DNA of 63,609 nucleotides, the filler included, from Craspedostauros australis (taxonomy: Eukaryota): the NCBI GenBank assembly GCA_030167865.1. It is 5 parts of 5 records of this genome, joined end to end, with 100 filler letters (N's around TTAATTAATTAA, not from the genome) between each part and the next. Parts side by side here need not be neighbours in the genome. Positions count along the whole stretch, not along the records: positions 18,178 to 23,713 come from JALAGF010000845.1; positions 23,814 to 37,774 come from JALAGF010000846.1; 3 more parts are not named here. The stretch is one strand, 5' to 3'. The notes beneath the pieces are model-generated. The model searched no databases. It was not told where the DNA came from and worked only from the letters and a program-made list of their open reading frames with translations. Shown here piece by piece: positions 22,478 to 35,700 of this stretch; within the stretch, counting starts at the first letter, position 1; each line of letters opens with the position of its first letter. The translations under genes and the position numbers were made by a program.

Positions 22478-23713
22478 ATGAACTGCTCGCAATACCCAAT
22501 CGTATCGTCCACGTCGCATGCAACCAACCGCGGCAATGATGCTCCTTTTCACGTTCGCGCGCAGAAAAACCGAAGGGACTGCAGCATCCTGTCGGACAAT
22601 GGTGTTGAGGCAATCGCTTCCATTGCTGAATCGCACGCTCAAAGCGGTCGTCATGGCCACGCCCATCCCGAGATCAAGATCGAAGACGACAATGAAAGCC
22701 ACAGCGAGTGTAGCATTTCGAGTCAAAGCGATGGCAGTGCTGCCGATGACAGTGCTGCCGACGACAGACCTACGAATACCGCCCCCTCCTCTTGGCTTAC
22801 ACACAGCCCATGGCAACAACAACAGCAACAGCAGCAACTGCAGGCCCAGGTTGCTATCGGGCAAACATCAATAGCGATGAATACCGGCCAGCTACAGCAG
22901 CACAGTCATCAAAGAGGTCCTGACCAGAACGCCCAGAACGCTCACGACGCTCAGGGCTCAAGTAATCGCCACCTTCACGGACATCAAACAGCCCACCTCC
23001 AGCAAGGGCATCCAAGCTATCATCCTCAGCACTTTCAAATCACTGGCTTACTCGTTCCGTTGCCACACAACGCGACAGGTCTCCTTGCGCCCATCATCAC
23101 CCCAGCAGGCATGTTGATACCAGTGGCAGCACCTCAACACTTTGTGCCAGTTGGTACATCTCCACCCCAGTTCATTCCCGGCGTTGCCAACGACATCAAC
23201 TCCGCTCTCCAGTTGAGCTCGCTTGCTCATCTGGACGATAGGACCAACCCTCCAGAAATATTCAACGTGGATCAAGGCCTTGCGATCCGAAACGAGAGCT
23301 GTGCTGCGCCGTCCAACGAGCTTCCGATCGGCAATGCGGACCTATCTTGTGATGCACCAAATCACTCTCCCCCTTTCAGCAGCGTCCATAGCAGCAGCGG
23401 CCGCACCACCACCAGCGACCCACCAAGCGAGGACGGTCCTTCAAGCCGCGACGGCGGTGAGAGCAACGATGAAGGCTGTACTCCTGCAATCAACCTCATC
23501 GATGGCATGGAGGCCAAGGAAGCTCTGATCGTCAAGCCTCCTGTTGCGACCATTGCCACCAGTGCCAGCAAACGTGGAAGAGGCAACTACATGCCGCAAG
23601 CTGCCAGCAAAAAGGCCAAGATCGCAAACGGAGGAGTGTCGCCGAAGCACGTGTCTCAGGCCGAAAAATGGATGGTCCGATTCAACGATCTCGTTGAATT
23701 CAAGAGGGTGCAC
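22478..23713 (+). CDS. HA-domain protein, second copy, truncated at contig end
   Basis: Translation identical to 18411-19646. Confidence 0.8.
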
Positions 23714-23813
23714 NNNNNNNNNNNNNNNNNNNNNNNNNNNNNNNNNNNNNNNNNNNNTTAATTAATTAANNNNNNNNNNNNNNNNNNNNNNNNNNNNNNN
23801 NNNNNNNNNNNNN
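23714..23813. other. Artificial contig spacer
   Basis: N44-TTAATTAATTAA-N44. Confidence 0.98.
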
Positions 23814-25049
23814 GTGCACCCTCTTGAATTCAACGAGATCGTTGAATCGGACCATCCATTTTTCGGCCTGAGACACGTGCTTCGGCGACACTCCTCCGTT
23901 TGCGATCTTGGCCTTTTTGCTGGCAGCTTGCGGCATGTAGTTGCCTCTTCCACGTTTGCTGGCACTGGTGGCAATGGTCGCAACAGGAGGCTTGACGATC
24001 AGAGCTTCCTTGGCCTCCATGCCATCGATGAGGTTGATTGCAGGAGTACAGCCTTCATCGTTGCTCTCACCGCCGTCGCGGCTTGAAGGACCGTCCTCGC
24101 TTGGTGGGTCGCTGGTGGTGGTGCGGCCGCTGCTGCTATGGACGCTGCTGAAAGGGGGAGAGTGATTTGGTGCATCACAAGATAGGTCCGCATTGCCGAT
24201 CGGAAGCTCGTTGGACGGCGCAGCACAGCTCTCGTTTCGGATCGCAAGGCCTTGATCCACGTTGAATATTTCTGGAGGGTTGGTCCTATCGTCCAGATGA
24301 GCAAGCGAGCTCAACTGGAGAGCGGAGTTGATGTCGTTGGCAACGCCGGGAATGAACTGGGGTGGAGATGTACCAACTGGCACAAAGTGTTGAGGTGCTG
24401 CCACTGGTATCAACATGCCTGCTGGGGTGATGATGGGCGCAAGGAGACCTGTCGCGTTGTGTGGCAACGGAACGAGTAAGCCAGTGATTTGAAAGTGCTG
24501 AGGATGATAGCTTGGATGCCCTTGCTGGAGGTGGGCTGTTTGATGTCCGTGAAGGTGGCGATTACTTGAGCCCTGAGCGTCGTGAGCGTTCTGGGCGTTC
24601 TGGTCAGGACCTCTTTGATGACTGTGCTGCTGTAGCTGGCCGGTATTCATCGCTATTGATGTTTGCCCGATAGCAACCTGGGCCTGCAGTTGCTGCTGTT
24701 GCTGTTGTTGTTGCCATGGGCTGTGTGTAAGCCAAGAGGAGGGGGCGGTATTCGTAGGTCTGTCGTCGGCAGCACTGTCATCGGCAGCACTGCCATCGCT
24801 TTGACTCGAAATGCTACACTCGCTGTGGCTTTCATTGTCGTCTTCGATCTTGATCTCGGGATGGGCGTGGCCATGACGACCGCTTTGAGCGTGCGATTCA
24901 GCAATGGAAGCGATTGCCTCAACACCATTGTCCGACAGGATGCTGCAGTCCCTTCGGTTTTTCTGCGCGCGAACGTGAAAAGGAGCATCATTGCCGCGGT
25001 TGGTTGCATGCGACGTGGACGATACGATTGGGTATTGCGAGCAGTTCAT
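23814..25049 (-). CDS. HA-domain protein, third copy, truncated at contig end
   Basis: Reverse complement of 22478-23713. Its upstream region differs from that of the other copy. Confidence 0.8.
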
Positions 25050-26290
25050 CGTGCGTGATGATGGAATGTGAATGTGCGTGGTATGAATACGATTGGGGCA
25101 GTTGGGTCCTCAGTGTGCTCTCATGGCATGTGCGACGGCTCGTTTGCGACAATTGGAATGATGATGTGAAGGTGCTTGGGCGCGTTGGTCGTGCACGTTT
25201 ATTCCATGCCAGTGTTACGACTATGAGATGAACGAGTCTCTCTTGGTTGGTTGGGACCGCCAACAGCAGGGTGTCGGTATGGTCGAGGATGTGGATCATT
25301 TTGCTGCTTGGGTCGGGATTGTCCGCGAGAGGCAACACACTCGCACAAGCGCACGAGTGCGTCTAACTTGTCTTGCAAGTGCAAAGAGGCTGCCAAGACC
25401 GCTTGTGGGAAGTGGCCCTGGTTTTTACGAGAGATAACGCAAACAACACCAAGTCCCCGACGATCGACGCAGGTGGTTGCTCTCTGCACCGTCCGGTTCT
25501 CCCCCTAATTGTTCGGTGCCGTGGTGACGCCATGTGATGTTCTGCACAATAAATGCAGAGGTCGTACGACATAGGTAGTGCGATCCACATTCATCGGTGT
25601 GGATAAAAAGTGCGTCGTGTTGCCACAGGAGTTCGGCACATGTCAGAATACTGGCACAAGTACAGCATGAATACGACTACGCGCCAGTCTCCCTGCTTTC
25701 TCCACAAAGAGAGAGCGACGATATAAAACTCAGGAGAGAGTAGTCGGAGCAGAGCAAAGCATGCTGTAAGCAGGTATATTATGGATTGCTACAATAAAGT
25801 TGAACAACCCCAACCAGAGCAGAGCCCTCCGAAGCGGTTTCACACAAGTTTAGATTACCCGAGCTGGACGTCGGAACTGACTCCCCAGTTTTCGTCTCCC
25901 CCACTGGAAAGATGCAGTGTTGAACAAAATATCACGCATAGTCTGTCTCTCTTCTGACTATAGTCAGCTCACCATCAACATCGGCGGGTGCTCTGCGATC
26001 GCTCGCCTTTGGGTGCTGAGCAGTTGTCGTTGGCTCGCATCCCATACGAGTTCCTCAGACGAGCTACGCGAAAGTGCTCACCTGTGGTGCTCTATTCTTT
26101 ATACTCTCTTGGTAGCATGCTTTGTATTCTATCCGTATGTGGGGTGTGTGTGTGTGTGTTTAACTCGGAGAGTACCATTTTTATGCTGGAAGTAGCACGA
26201 ACATGAACTCAGACTGGAGTCTTCCAAAACCGAGCCACCTCAGGGTGATGGCGATGACGAAGACGCAAAACTCCTCGGCTGCGGTCGCAG

Positions 26291-29200
26291 TTACGCCCGC
26301 TGAGTCGCCTTCTTCAATTGCGCAACTTTCTTGCCTGCGCCCCACTCCGCGTACAACCGTAGAGCTTCATTCAGATGATACCTCGATATTTCCTTCTTCT
26401 CCTGCGCCATGTAGAATTCGGACATCTTCTCGTTCACGAGGCCTTCGTCGTTGATGTATCCAGCGTGCTTCACATTCTGAATCGAAGTTTTGTAATGGTT
26501 CTCGGCATCTTCGGGCCGTCCTCTCGCAACAGCTTCTTCTGCACGCAACAGCGCGATGTAGTGCCTGCAGTTGGGGTTCCCCTTCTTCTCCCACTGTTCC
26601 AGCTTCTTCACAAATTGCCGACCTGCCTTCATGTACCGCTTCGGGTCCTGTGATCTGCGGCCCATCGCGAAGCAGCACAGGCCGCTGTGGAAGAGTGCTA
26701 CGGTAAGCCCGGTCGCGCCCGGCATCTTCTTGAGCCACATGGGGCATGATTCAATGGCCATGTCCGCTCCTGATTCGTAGTCACCAAAGAAGCTCGCGAG
26801 CAGCACTTCATAAAATCTGCGGAACATTCTTTTGGCCGCGGCCATGCTGTCCTTCCCTTGTTCCTGGCTTTTGTCGCTCCCGTCGTAGGCATCGCCGATC
26901 AGCTTGACTGTGCTCTTGGAAGTGCCGCGGAGGTTCATCACGGTCTGCCAGCCCATCAAGGTCAGCTCATACTGAGTGTTCTGCTGGAAGTCTTGCATCA
27001 TCTTGGAGTACATCGAGAAGTCCGCGTCGAGCGAGTGCAGAGAGCCTCCCGTGTACAGTGACGCCGAGAGGGAGCAGCACATCGCCCAGAACGCATTCCT
27101 CATATCGCCCGTTGCGATGCCGATGTTGTAGGCCTCCCTCAGCGGTTCGATCGTTTCCTTCATCGGGTTCTGCCAATGGTGGACCAGGCAGTGGTAGCCG
27201 AAGAGGGTCTGGCAGTGCGCCTCCTGATCGTTGGCGGCCTTCAGGATCTCCAGCGCCTTCTCCCCACATTTCTGACCGCTTGCGAAGTCGCCCATGATGT
27301 ACCCTATCATCAGCCCTTGTCGCGAGAGCGCCGGCGCCGCAAACGGCGTCACTCCGCCCTTCAGGCTTTGCTTCAGAGTCTTCAGCGTCACGAGAGGGAT
27401 GAGCTCTGGCTTGGTGAGGTAGGCTGCGTGGTACAGCTTGGCCAGCGTCTTCATGACGGCGATGTGATGTTCGTCATCGGAGAAAAGCATGTCTTTGTGG
27501 ATCTCAGCCTGCAGCCGACCGGCGGTGCGCTTGGCTGTGAGCATGCCCTTCACGATGTAATACAGCTGCCCAAGGTTCGAGTTCGGCACGGTGCAACCAA
27601 GCTGCGACAGAAGGTCCATGGAAGTGTTGACGGCCTCAAGGCTGTCGGCAGTCTCCATTTGTGCCAAGCACACGTCGATGAGCACATGGTAGGCTCTGAC
27701 TTTGTCGAGGACGTTGCAGTGCTGATTGATGACCGCGGAACAGTAGAGACGAGCCTTGCGGAGATCAGACACGACGAAACAGCTTTCCGCGGCCGACGTG
27801 TACAGTTCCATGCTCTGGTTGAAGCACGTCTCCCAGTGATCCGTCGGCAGCAGCTCGATGGCCGTGGCGAAGTACTTGGAGGCCAGGTGGAAGGCTGACG
27901 AGTTTGTGGCTTGCAACCCGGCGCCGTGATTGAGCATGATTATCCTCATGCGGCGCTCCAGCTTGCGGTGTTTCGGCACCAGGTCGGGTCTCGTGTTGAG
28001 CAAGTTGGCAACGACGAACGTCTTGCTTTCGAGCTCGGCGCTTGGCAGCCCGTAGAGCAGGATCTCGCCGACGCGGTACTTCAATTCGGAGAGCTGATCT
28101 TGCGACGGGATGAGCAGGAATGCCGCCTCCTGGACCTTGTCGTGGGCGAAACAAAACTCCTGATCTTGGGATATCTTCCTGCCGCTGATGCCGCTGTGAC
28201 TCCCACCGCCATTGTTGGATGGATCATCCTTGGCATGATCCGCTCCTTGCGCTTGTGCCTGCCGCTGCCGTTGCTTTTGCTGTTGCCTCTGCGCTTGCGT
28301 TTCCATTCGCACTGGCTGGATCAAGCCTTCGCTGCAGCACCTGGTGATCATATCGATGATGTCTGCGTCGGAGATGAACGTTTTCATCTGGAAGATGCTG
28401 CGAAAGAACTTGGAATGATCGGAGTGAATGGAAAGTCCCTTCATGACGATGCACATGTTGCTGAACGAAAACGTCGTCCCAAGGCACGCCGCAATGGACA
28501 GCACGCGGTCTGCCGACGTGACGTGCCGCAGCTTGGTCTGCATGACATCCATCACGGTGGCGACGTGCTCCGACGAACGCCGGTCGATAACGTCGATGTC
28601 CCACGACCATTTTGGTGCAGCGGGCGATCGCGATGGCGCGCTTCGGTTGGAATCTTCGTTGTTGGGATGCGGATCGTAGACGATCAGACCTTCCCTGAGC
28701 AGCGATTCGAGGTATTGCTGCATGAAGAAGGCGTTGCCCCCGGTCCTTTTGTGCACGTGGGACGCTAGCAGCGCAATATCTTCAGGCCGTCCGATGGTGC
28801 TGTTGCTGTTGTGGATCAGCGGCGGCGTGCTCACACTCCTCTGTTGCTGAGGCGGGGCGGATACAGCAAAGAGCCTGGCCAAGTACTCCTCCACATGATC
28901 GACGCTCAAGTCCTTGATCGGGAGCCTGATGATACGGATGGAGCGTTCTCGCTTGGACTCTTCCAGGAACGCCAGCATAGTCTTCAACGTCTGGTTCTCA
29001 TCCAGCATGTTCGATCGGTACGAGCCGATGATGGTCAGCGTGGTGTCCTTGCTGTCCATGAGCCAGGATTGGATGAGGCTCAACGACGCGCGATCGGCCC
29101 ATTGCAGATCGTCGATGACCAAGACAATGGCGCCGTAGTTGCACAGAATCTGCATGAACCGCCGCAGGACGTACTTGAACCTGTCGGTGTACTTGCGGTA

Positions 29201-30065
29201 GTTGGTGGACGAGCCAGCCGAGATGTTGCTATAGTTGAAGCCGTTGTTGAGACTGTAGAAAGACGTCGAATGCGAAGCCATCGACGTGACGCTGGCCGCA
29301 GACGATTTGTTTGGCGTGTCCATTTCCGGTGTGAGGCTTGACCCCATGGCAGTGCGGATGTTGGGGATGACCGTGGAAAGAAGCGCGACTTCGTTTGCAG
29401 AGAAGCTGCTGTGGAGGGTGGTTTGCAACGGAGATGGCATGGTTGTGCCTATCGCTGTCTTGGTGCATTGATCCGCAATCTGGCAGCACAAGGAGGCCAT
29501 GGCTGTCTTGATGCCTGCATACGGCACCCCTGCCTTTTTGTCTGGCATTTCGCACTTTCCCGATACGAAGAATCCATGAAACGATCGGTCGCCGTGAGTG
29601 TCACTGCCGCCGCCGTTGTTGTCGTTGCTGGTGCTGGTGCCGCTGTTGGCGCCGCTGTGAGGGGTGCCGGGATGTTGCTTAGACCGCGATGTTGCATGTT
29701 GCGAATCGTTGGTGAGGTCTCGTTTCACATGATCGATCATGAAGGACTTGCCGCTGCCAGATTCGCCTGGAATCAACACTAGCGTGCGGAATGGAGTGGA
29801 GGCCGTGGGGAGGCTGTGAGTGGCCGCCTGCTCCAAGCTGCTGCTGCTGTTGCCGCTGCTCTCTGATGTGCCCGACGTGTCCCATGAATCCACCGACGAC
29901 GCCGAGGATGCTGCTGTTTCTGTCGGAGGACGATCAGCGGCGCTCTTGGATTGCGTGTGGATGGCGTTGCGAAGGATCCTTGTCTGCTTGTCCCGTCCAA
30001 TCAGTCCAACCCGATCAAAAGCCAATCGAGGCTGCCACGGGCCAGTGAATGCGACTTCGGCTTCA

Positions 30066-30112
<47 letters not shown>

Positions 30113-30337
30113 GTGGTGGTGGTGGTGCTTCGTCGTTCTGGCCTCTCTATGTGCTTGGAATTGTGCTTGCACTTGCGCCTGTGCACCTGCATGGCCTCCG
30201 ATCGTCTCCGGAACAAGACTGCGTCCCTCGACAGGACGGACGGAAATGGTTACGGGTGATGAACCTTTGTGGAGATGGCCGCCAGTCCGAGTCTCGGTGC
30301 TTGCGCTGTTCATCATTGTAGCTGTTGCCAATGACAT
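26291..30337 (-). CDS. STAND/AAA_16-type ATPase, COG3899-like, about 1348 aa; close paralog of 1723-5805
   Basis: Walker A GESGSGKS, Walker B LVIDDLQWAD, TGGNAFF and FAHDKVQEAA. Shares FHGFFVSGKCE, ESKRERS, GLSIHS, QLSELKYRVGEILL and MNLRGTSK with copy 1. Start placed at ATG 30337, just after a simple-repeat leader. Confidence 0.9.
30068..30127. repeat. (CTG)14(GTG)6 coding microsatellite, His6-Gln14 in the ATPase N-terminus
   Basis: Read directly from the sequence. Confidence 0.95.
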
Positions 30338-30351
30338 AATGGTGTTGTTGC

Positions 30352-30475
30352 GGTTGTGGTTGTGTTTGTGTTTGTGGTTGTATTTGTATTTGTATTTGTG
30401 GTAGTATTTGTATTTGTATTTGTGGTAGTATTTGTATTTTGTGGTAGTATTTGTATTTGTATTTTGTGGTTGTAG
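30352..30475. repeat. Degenerate hexamer repeat (TTGTAT/TTGTGG/TTGTGT) in the putative 5' leader of the ATPase
   Basis: Read directly. It explains the spurious KYKYYH extension in the ORF track. Confidence 0.9.
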
Positions 30476-32707
30476 TTGCCAGAGTTTGGATGCCTTGCCA
30501 AGTTCCGAAACGATGGTGATCCAATGAACGCAAAATCTGTTGGGCCAGCTGCCCGCGAACAAGGTTCCGCAATCACACACACACAAGACACCATCTTGCG
30601 CAACCATACACTCCCACGAGTGTCTTGTTGTTTCTTGTTGGGTGTGTTTGGCTTCTCCGCATTCCATTCGTACACGTGGTGGCAATGCGCGTCCAAACGC
30701 GTTCACAAGGTTCGATACACGATGAGAAATCGGATTGAATTCTGTTCGACGCCGGGCGGAAAACTTTGCATAGGCGTCACACACTCCTTCCACATTTACC
30801 CTGCTGCGCTCGTCGGTGGTACGGCATCGCGCTCTACCTCAGATGTTGAGTACGCAAATAAACGCTGGATGCGCGCCAACAACGTCCTCCTCCCTTGGTC
30901 GACCCTCGGCGGATAGGATGGACACAACGAGCTAGCCTAAGCGCAAGAGTGTTGTTGTGGGGAGTGTTGGCGTTGGCCACAACCCGGCCAAAAACCTCGA
31001 GCGACTGATGGAGAGAGAGGGGAAGAGACGCGCAGAGTCGTTCTTTGCCAGCTTTTGAAATGGACGAGATAGCTCGGCACAACCCCCGATGCAAAGAGCT
31101 TCCTTCATCATCACGCGTGAAAGGAGAAGTGATCGAACGGCGAATAGATGGCAAGGAGAAAGACACAGAGAGGGAGGGCATGAGCAGAACACAAACAGAG
31201 TCGCAACAGAGTGTTCCAACGGCTCTCTTTACCCAGTTTCGAGACCCAAACTGGCTCCGCGTCGCGGCCTGCCACTGGTCGCGAAACAGTCCTGTCCTGG
31301 AGCTGTTCTCCGTGTTCTTCGACAGATGATGATGACAACAACACAGCAATGCGATCCCGTTTATTCCCGACTATTATGGTTCTCCTCCATGAGTAAGCTA
31401 CCAAGTGTTTCGAGATTGACCATCACAACGCCGCTCGAAACAAACAATGGGTGATCTTAGCTCGCCCGAGCTCGGAATTAGACTAAATTTGGTCTTGGTA
31501 CCGACCAAATCAAGTTTGTCTCTTGTCACAATAAATCCCCACTAGTACCTTCTTTCGTGACAGGTCATCGATGACTGACATGTTCGCAAGAACACAATTG
31601 AAGCCACGTGGTCAACTGTTGTTCCACGGCGAACAGCACAAGAATCCCAGGAAATCAAATGAGGTTTATGGTTTATTTACCGCTTACCCCGTTTATAGAT
31701 CAAGATTTCTTCCGACGCATTCTCATGTGCGCATTTGGAGGATGGCGATGCTGGTGCTTTTGAAAGATGGCGATGGCGATGGTGAAGGTGATGACGGTGG
31801 TGATGAAAGATGGCATGGGGCTCCCCAGAAAGCTGAGCGTCGGTGATGCAAAGACGTCCCGCGTCGCAACGATGAAGTCCGAGTGATGACAAATGCACTT
31901 GAAATGCTCCAGCATGCTAATTTGGCACGTCCCTTCGAAGAGATACGCAGAGACTTCAGCGCCCGATCAGCCAACAAGGGTGGACATGGTCAAGATGGCG
32001 TAGGAGATAGGAGTGCTCTGCCTCCTCGTCCACACTAAACACGATGGCTGGACATCGAAGGGAGTGCTCTGTGGAGAACATCAGCCACAGCCATACAATA
32101 TCGTCATTGGTCGTTTATCATGACAACACGATGGTGCACATTGTGGAGTACATCGTATGTGTAGTTCCGTGACAGACTGAGTTGCTCTCGATCGCACAAA
32201 GAGCAGCGCATGATTGGGGCCAAGAGAGACAACGCTGAACTTTGGAGATCTGCCGACAGATCTGCACCATTCGCTACATTCATCGCATCGCATTCCAGTT
32301 GGGGCACCATTCTCCAGATCTACCGCGACTTGAGCATTTTCTCTCTGACCCGTGAGTTGGCGCACGAACTTGGAGGTCTTGGTGGTCAACCTCCCTTGCT
32401 CCCGACAAAATGCGGCACCATCGTCGGTTGCCACGGCTTGGGCACTGGCGTTGCCGTCGACCAATCGGTCTTGTTCTTTGGGTGGTTGACACGTTGGCGT
32501 CAGAAATATAATAATATGAGATAGAATAGATGGAACAGTGCTCCATTGTGTGAGCTGATCTAAGCTGAGCAGAGTGCGCAGGCCACAACATTGCAATACT
32601 ACCTCCTGCCAAGCCCTGCGACGTTCCAAAGTGGCTTCGAGTTAGAGAACGTTGGTCTATTGTATTCGTTGCCATTTTCATCCCGCTGCACTCATCTCCC
32701 CCAAGGG

Positions 32708-35700
32708 TCACGCAGATTCTGTCACATCTTCTTGAAGATCGGTCGGCCCCTCCTGCGACGGATGTTCCATGCTTTGGCTGTTGCCATTCACCATTTGGTT
32801 GACACCATCCTCGTTGTCGACGGGATCACCCATGGAACCACCATCGTTGCCACTATCGTTGTGGTCATCGTCGTCGTCCATGTCTTCCATGACCAAATTC
32901 ATTCCGTCCAATGCGATATCAATGTTGACATCCGGGCGGTAGATGACTCGCAGCAGTTCCGCCGTGAGAGCTTCCTTCTGGCATGGGAAAGGCTTCATCA
33001 TGAAACTCGTCGCGCCGGACTTGAGGAAGGCTTCGCCCATGTCGTTGGCGGAAAGGCCGCAGATCTTGCTGCGCACGCCCTTCGATCTCATGGCCCGAGC
33101 CGTCTCCGTTCCCAGCAGCTGCTTCTCTACACTTGCCATGTATTGATCCTGATGATGATGATGATGATAACGATGATGACCGTGAAGCGAGGTGCGTAAA
33201 GGATAGGGCGCAGTATCAAACGTGTAGCATAAATAGGAATACAAATGCAGAAAATGGGACGCAATAGGTGTCAGTTTCAATGCTTCGCAACTGCAACACA
33301 ACATGCAATGCAACACACAGAAACATCCACCACAACGTTGCACTTACGAGGAAGATGAGGTCATACGATTTTTCTTCCGTCATGCGCAGAGCCGTTTCTC
33401 CATTGGCGGCTTCGCTCACATCCCATTCTGGTGCCACTCGTTTGACGCTGCGCATGAAGAGCTTTCGCAGTACAAAGTCATCATCCACGAACAGAACCTT
33501 CAAGTGTTGTGGCAGCTGCGGTTCTTCTACCGATGGATTGGACGAATCCGACGAATCCGCTGGCTGCGTGCCATCGTCCTGCGATCTGGTTCGAGGCCTT
33601 GCATCGCCGCTGCCATCTCCTGACTTCACCGCACAGGTGTGGTGATCGTCGTGCATGTGATCGTCGAGGCCCATCTCCATGTCCGTGACTGGTTCGGTGT
33701 TCATATGGATGACGAACTTGGCACCAGGACATCCCTCGATGCCGCTGTCGTACATATCGTCCAGCATGAGCTCACCGCCCAGCAAGGTCGAGAGGTGCTT
33801 GCACAACGCCAGGCCGATTCCGGTTCCCTGCGACAGTGAGTCCAAGCTCTCCTGGAACTTGCAAAACAGCTGCTTCTTCTTCTCTTCGGGGATGCCAGAA
33901 CCGGAGTCCTCCACGGAAATCACGACGCCGTTGGTTTCATCAATCTCGGCACGCAGGCGGATGAAGCCCTTCTGGATGAACTTGCGCGCGTTGCCTGCCA
34001 GGTTCATGACGATCTGCTTCAGCCGGAGTCGATCCGTCATGATGATGAGATGCTCGGGACACTCGAGGTGCACCTGGTAGGCGCCGTTGCGCTTGTACAG
34101 CATGGTGGCAACCGGGTCGAGGACATCCGCGCGCACGTCGGTGGGGGCCAACTCGATGGTCATCTGCTGGCTGGATGCGCGGTGCATGTCGAGGATGTTG
34201 CGCAGCAAGTCGTTGATGAATTGCAGGCTGGAATGGATGACGTGCATGTCCTCGCGGACGGACTGCCTGGATTCCTCCGTCACGAGCGGCTTGAGCTCGT
34301 TGACTTCCGCCGAGACGAAGGAGCTCGCCGTGATGGCAGCCGAGAGAGGGTTGCGGACCTCGTGGGCCAGGAAGTCGTTCAATTCACGCTCGGCACGTGC
34401 AGCCTCTTTCGAGTTCTGAATGATCATGGTCGCCTTCTCGGCGCGTGCGTGCGCCTTGACCTGGTTCACGGCACGGGCACGCTTCATCGACGTGAAGAAC
34501 CACAGCGCCACGCACAGGCAGGCGAGCATGATGAAGGAGGCGCCGAGGATGTAGAACAAGAAGTTGGCGCTGTAGGAATCTTCGCCGGCCGCGACCACGA
34601 CGGTCCATCTGCGATTGCCGACCAAGAAGGTCTCCTCGTGCACACGGCGGTTGTCCTTCCGCGCGCTCCTGATGTCGATGTTCGCCTTGAAGACGGGGTG
34701 GAACCGTTCGTGGCCAGTGTAGATAGGTGAACATGCTGAGTTGTGGTTGTGGTCAACTGAGGTCCTCGTGTCGTGGCTGTCGTCGTGGTCGTGACCGTCC
34801 TCATGATCATACTCATGTTCATACTCATGCTCGTGCTCATCGTCTCCGTCCTGACCGGCGACGTTCGCGCTTCCGAGGAAGACGTAGGATGGATGTCTGG
34901 TGCTTCCGGTCTGCTCGTAGAGGAAGATCTTGATGTGCTCCGTGACTTCCGTGGTGGCTCCTCTGAGCAGTTCCATGACGCTGATTTGCACCGACGATAC
35001 GGATTCTGGATCAGCGTAAAAGGCATCGTCCGAGGGAGTGTCGTGCTGCCCATGAGTCTCCGACATCGACCGACGGTTGGAATGTGTGTGGACGGTGCCG
35101 TTGACGTTGTCACGCGCGTCGTCAGTCTCATCATCAGCGGGATCGCCGCCGGAGTACTCGTAGACATCCTTCAGCCGAATGCCAGGATGCATGAGCATGA
35201 GCGTGTAGTGTCCCGATATCACGGTGAGATCGTCGTGATCTTCGTGTTTATAGTGGGCCTCGGTGGTATCGGTGCCATCATGATGATCGCTTCCATCGTG
35301 GCTGTCCGGGCTCGCGTCCGGTTCGATGCCGTGGTCGTAGCAAAGCAACCGCGAGGTCAAGGTTGGCAGACGCGATCCCAGCGCCAGGTGCAGCGCATCG
35401 GTGCGGATGTGAGAGGAGAGGACGTCCAGCTCGATCATCTCCTCGTTGCCCGCGATGGGCGCGACGTAATGGATTGGGTAGTACTCCTCGCGGTCCTCGC
35501 TGGGGTTCGTGAGGTAAATGCTTTCGCTGTCCCTGTGCGATGGATTGGATGATGCCAGCACGAGATCGTCGTCATGGTTGACCAGGCTGGTGATGCCGTC
35601 GTAGTCCACCGTCGTCGAGAAGTGATCCGCGTAGAAGTGGTGCGCCTCCGCCTCGAGGCCCGCCCGTTGCGAGTGTTTGACGCGAGGGATGAACTGCGCC

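Larger units (their letters stand above)
18178..23713 (+). repeat. Contig with 1,469-bp direct terminal repeat (18178-19646 = 22245-23713), implying a 4,067-bp tandem unit
   Basis: Constant 4,067 offset, e.g. ATG at 18411 versus 22478. The contig starts and ends exactly on the repeat. Confidence 0.9.

Noticed and set aside
22245..25282. 3-kb perfect inverted repeat or hairpin
   Set aside because: Centred exactly on an artificial spacer, so it reflects contig orientation.
25702..25926. Possible fragment of a second LTR family (TATAAAA, AATAAA, ends TTGAACA)
   Set aside because: No 5' terminus, TSD or second copy in the window.
30338..30793. N-terminal extension of the third ATPase in the ORF track
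   Set aside because: Non-ATG start running through simple repeats; more likely leader and promoter.
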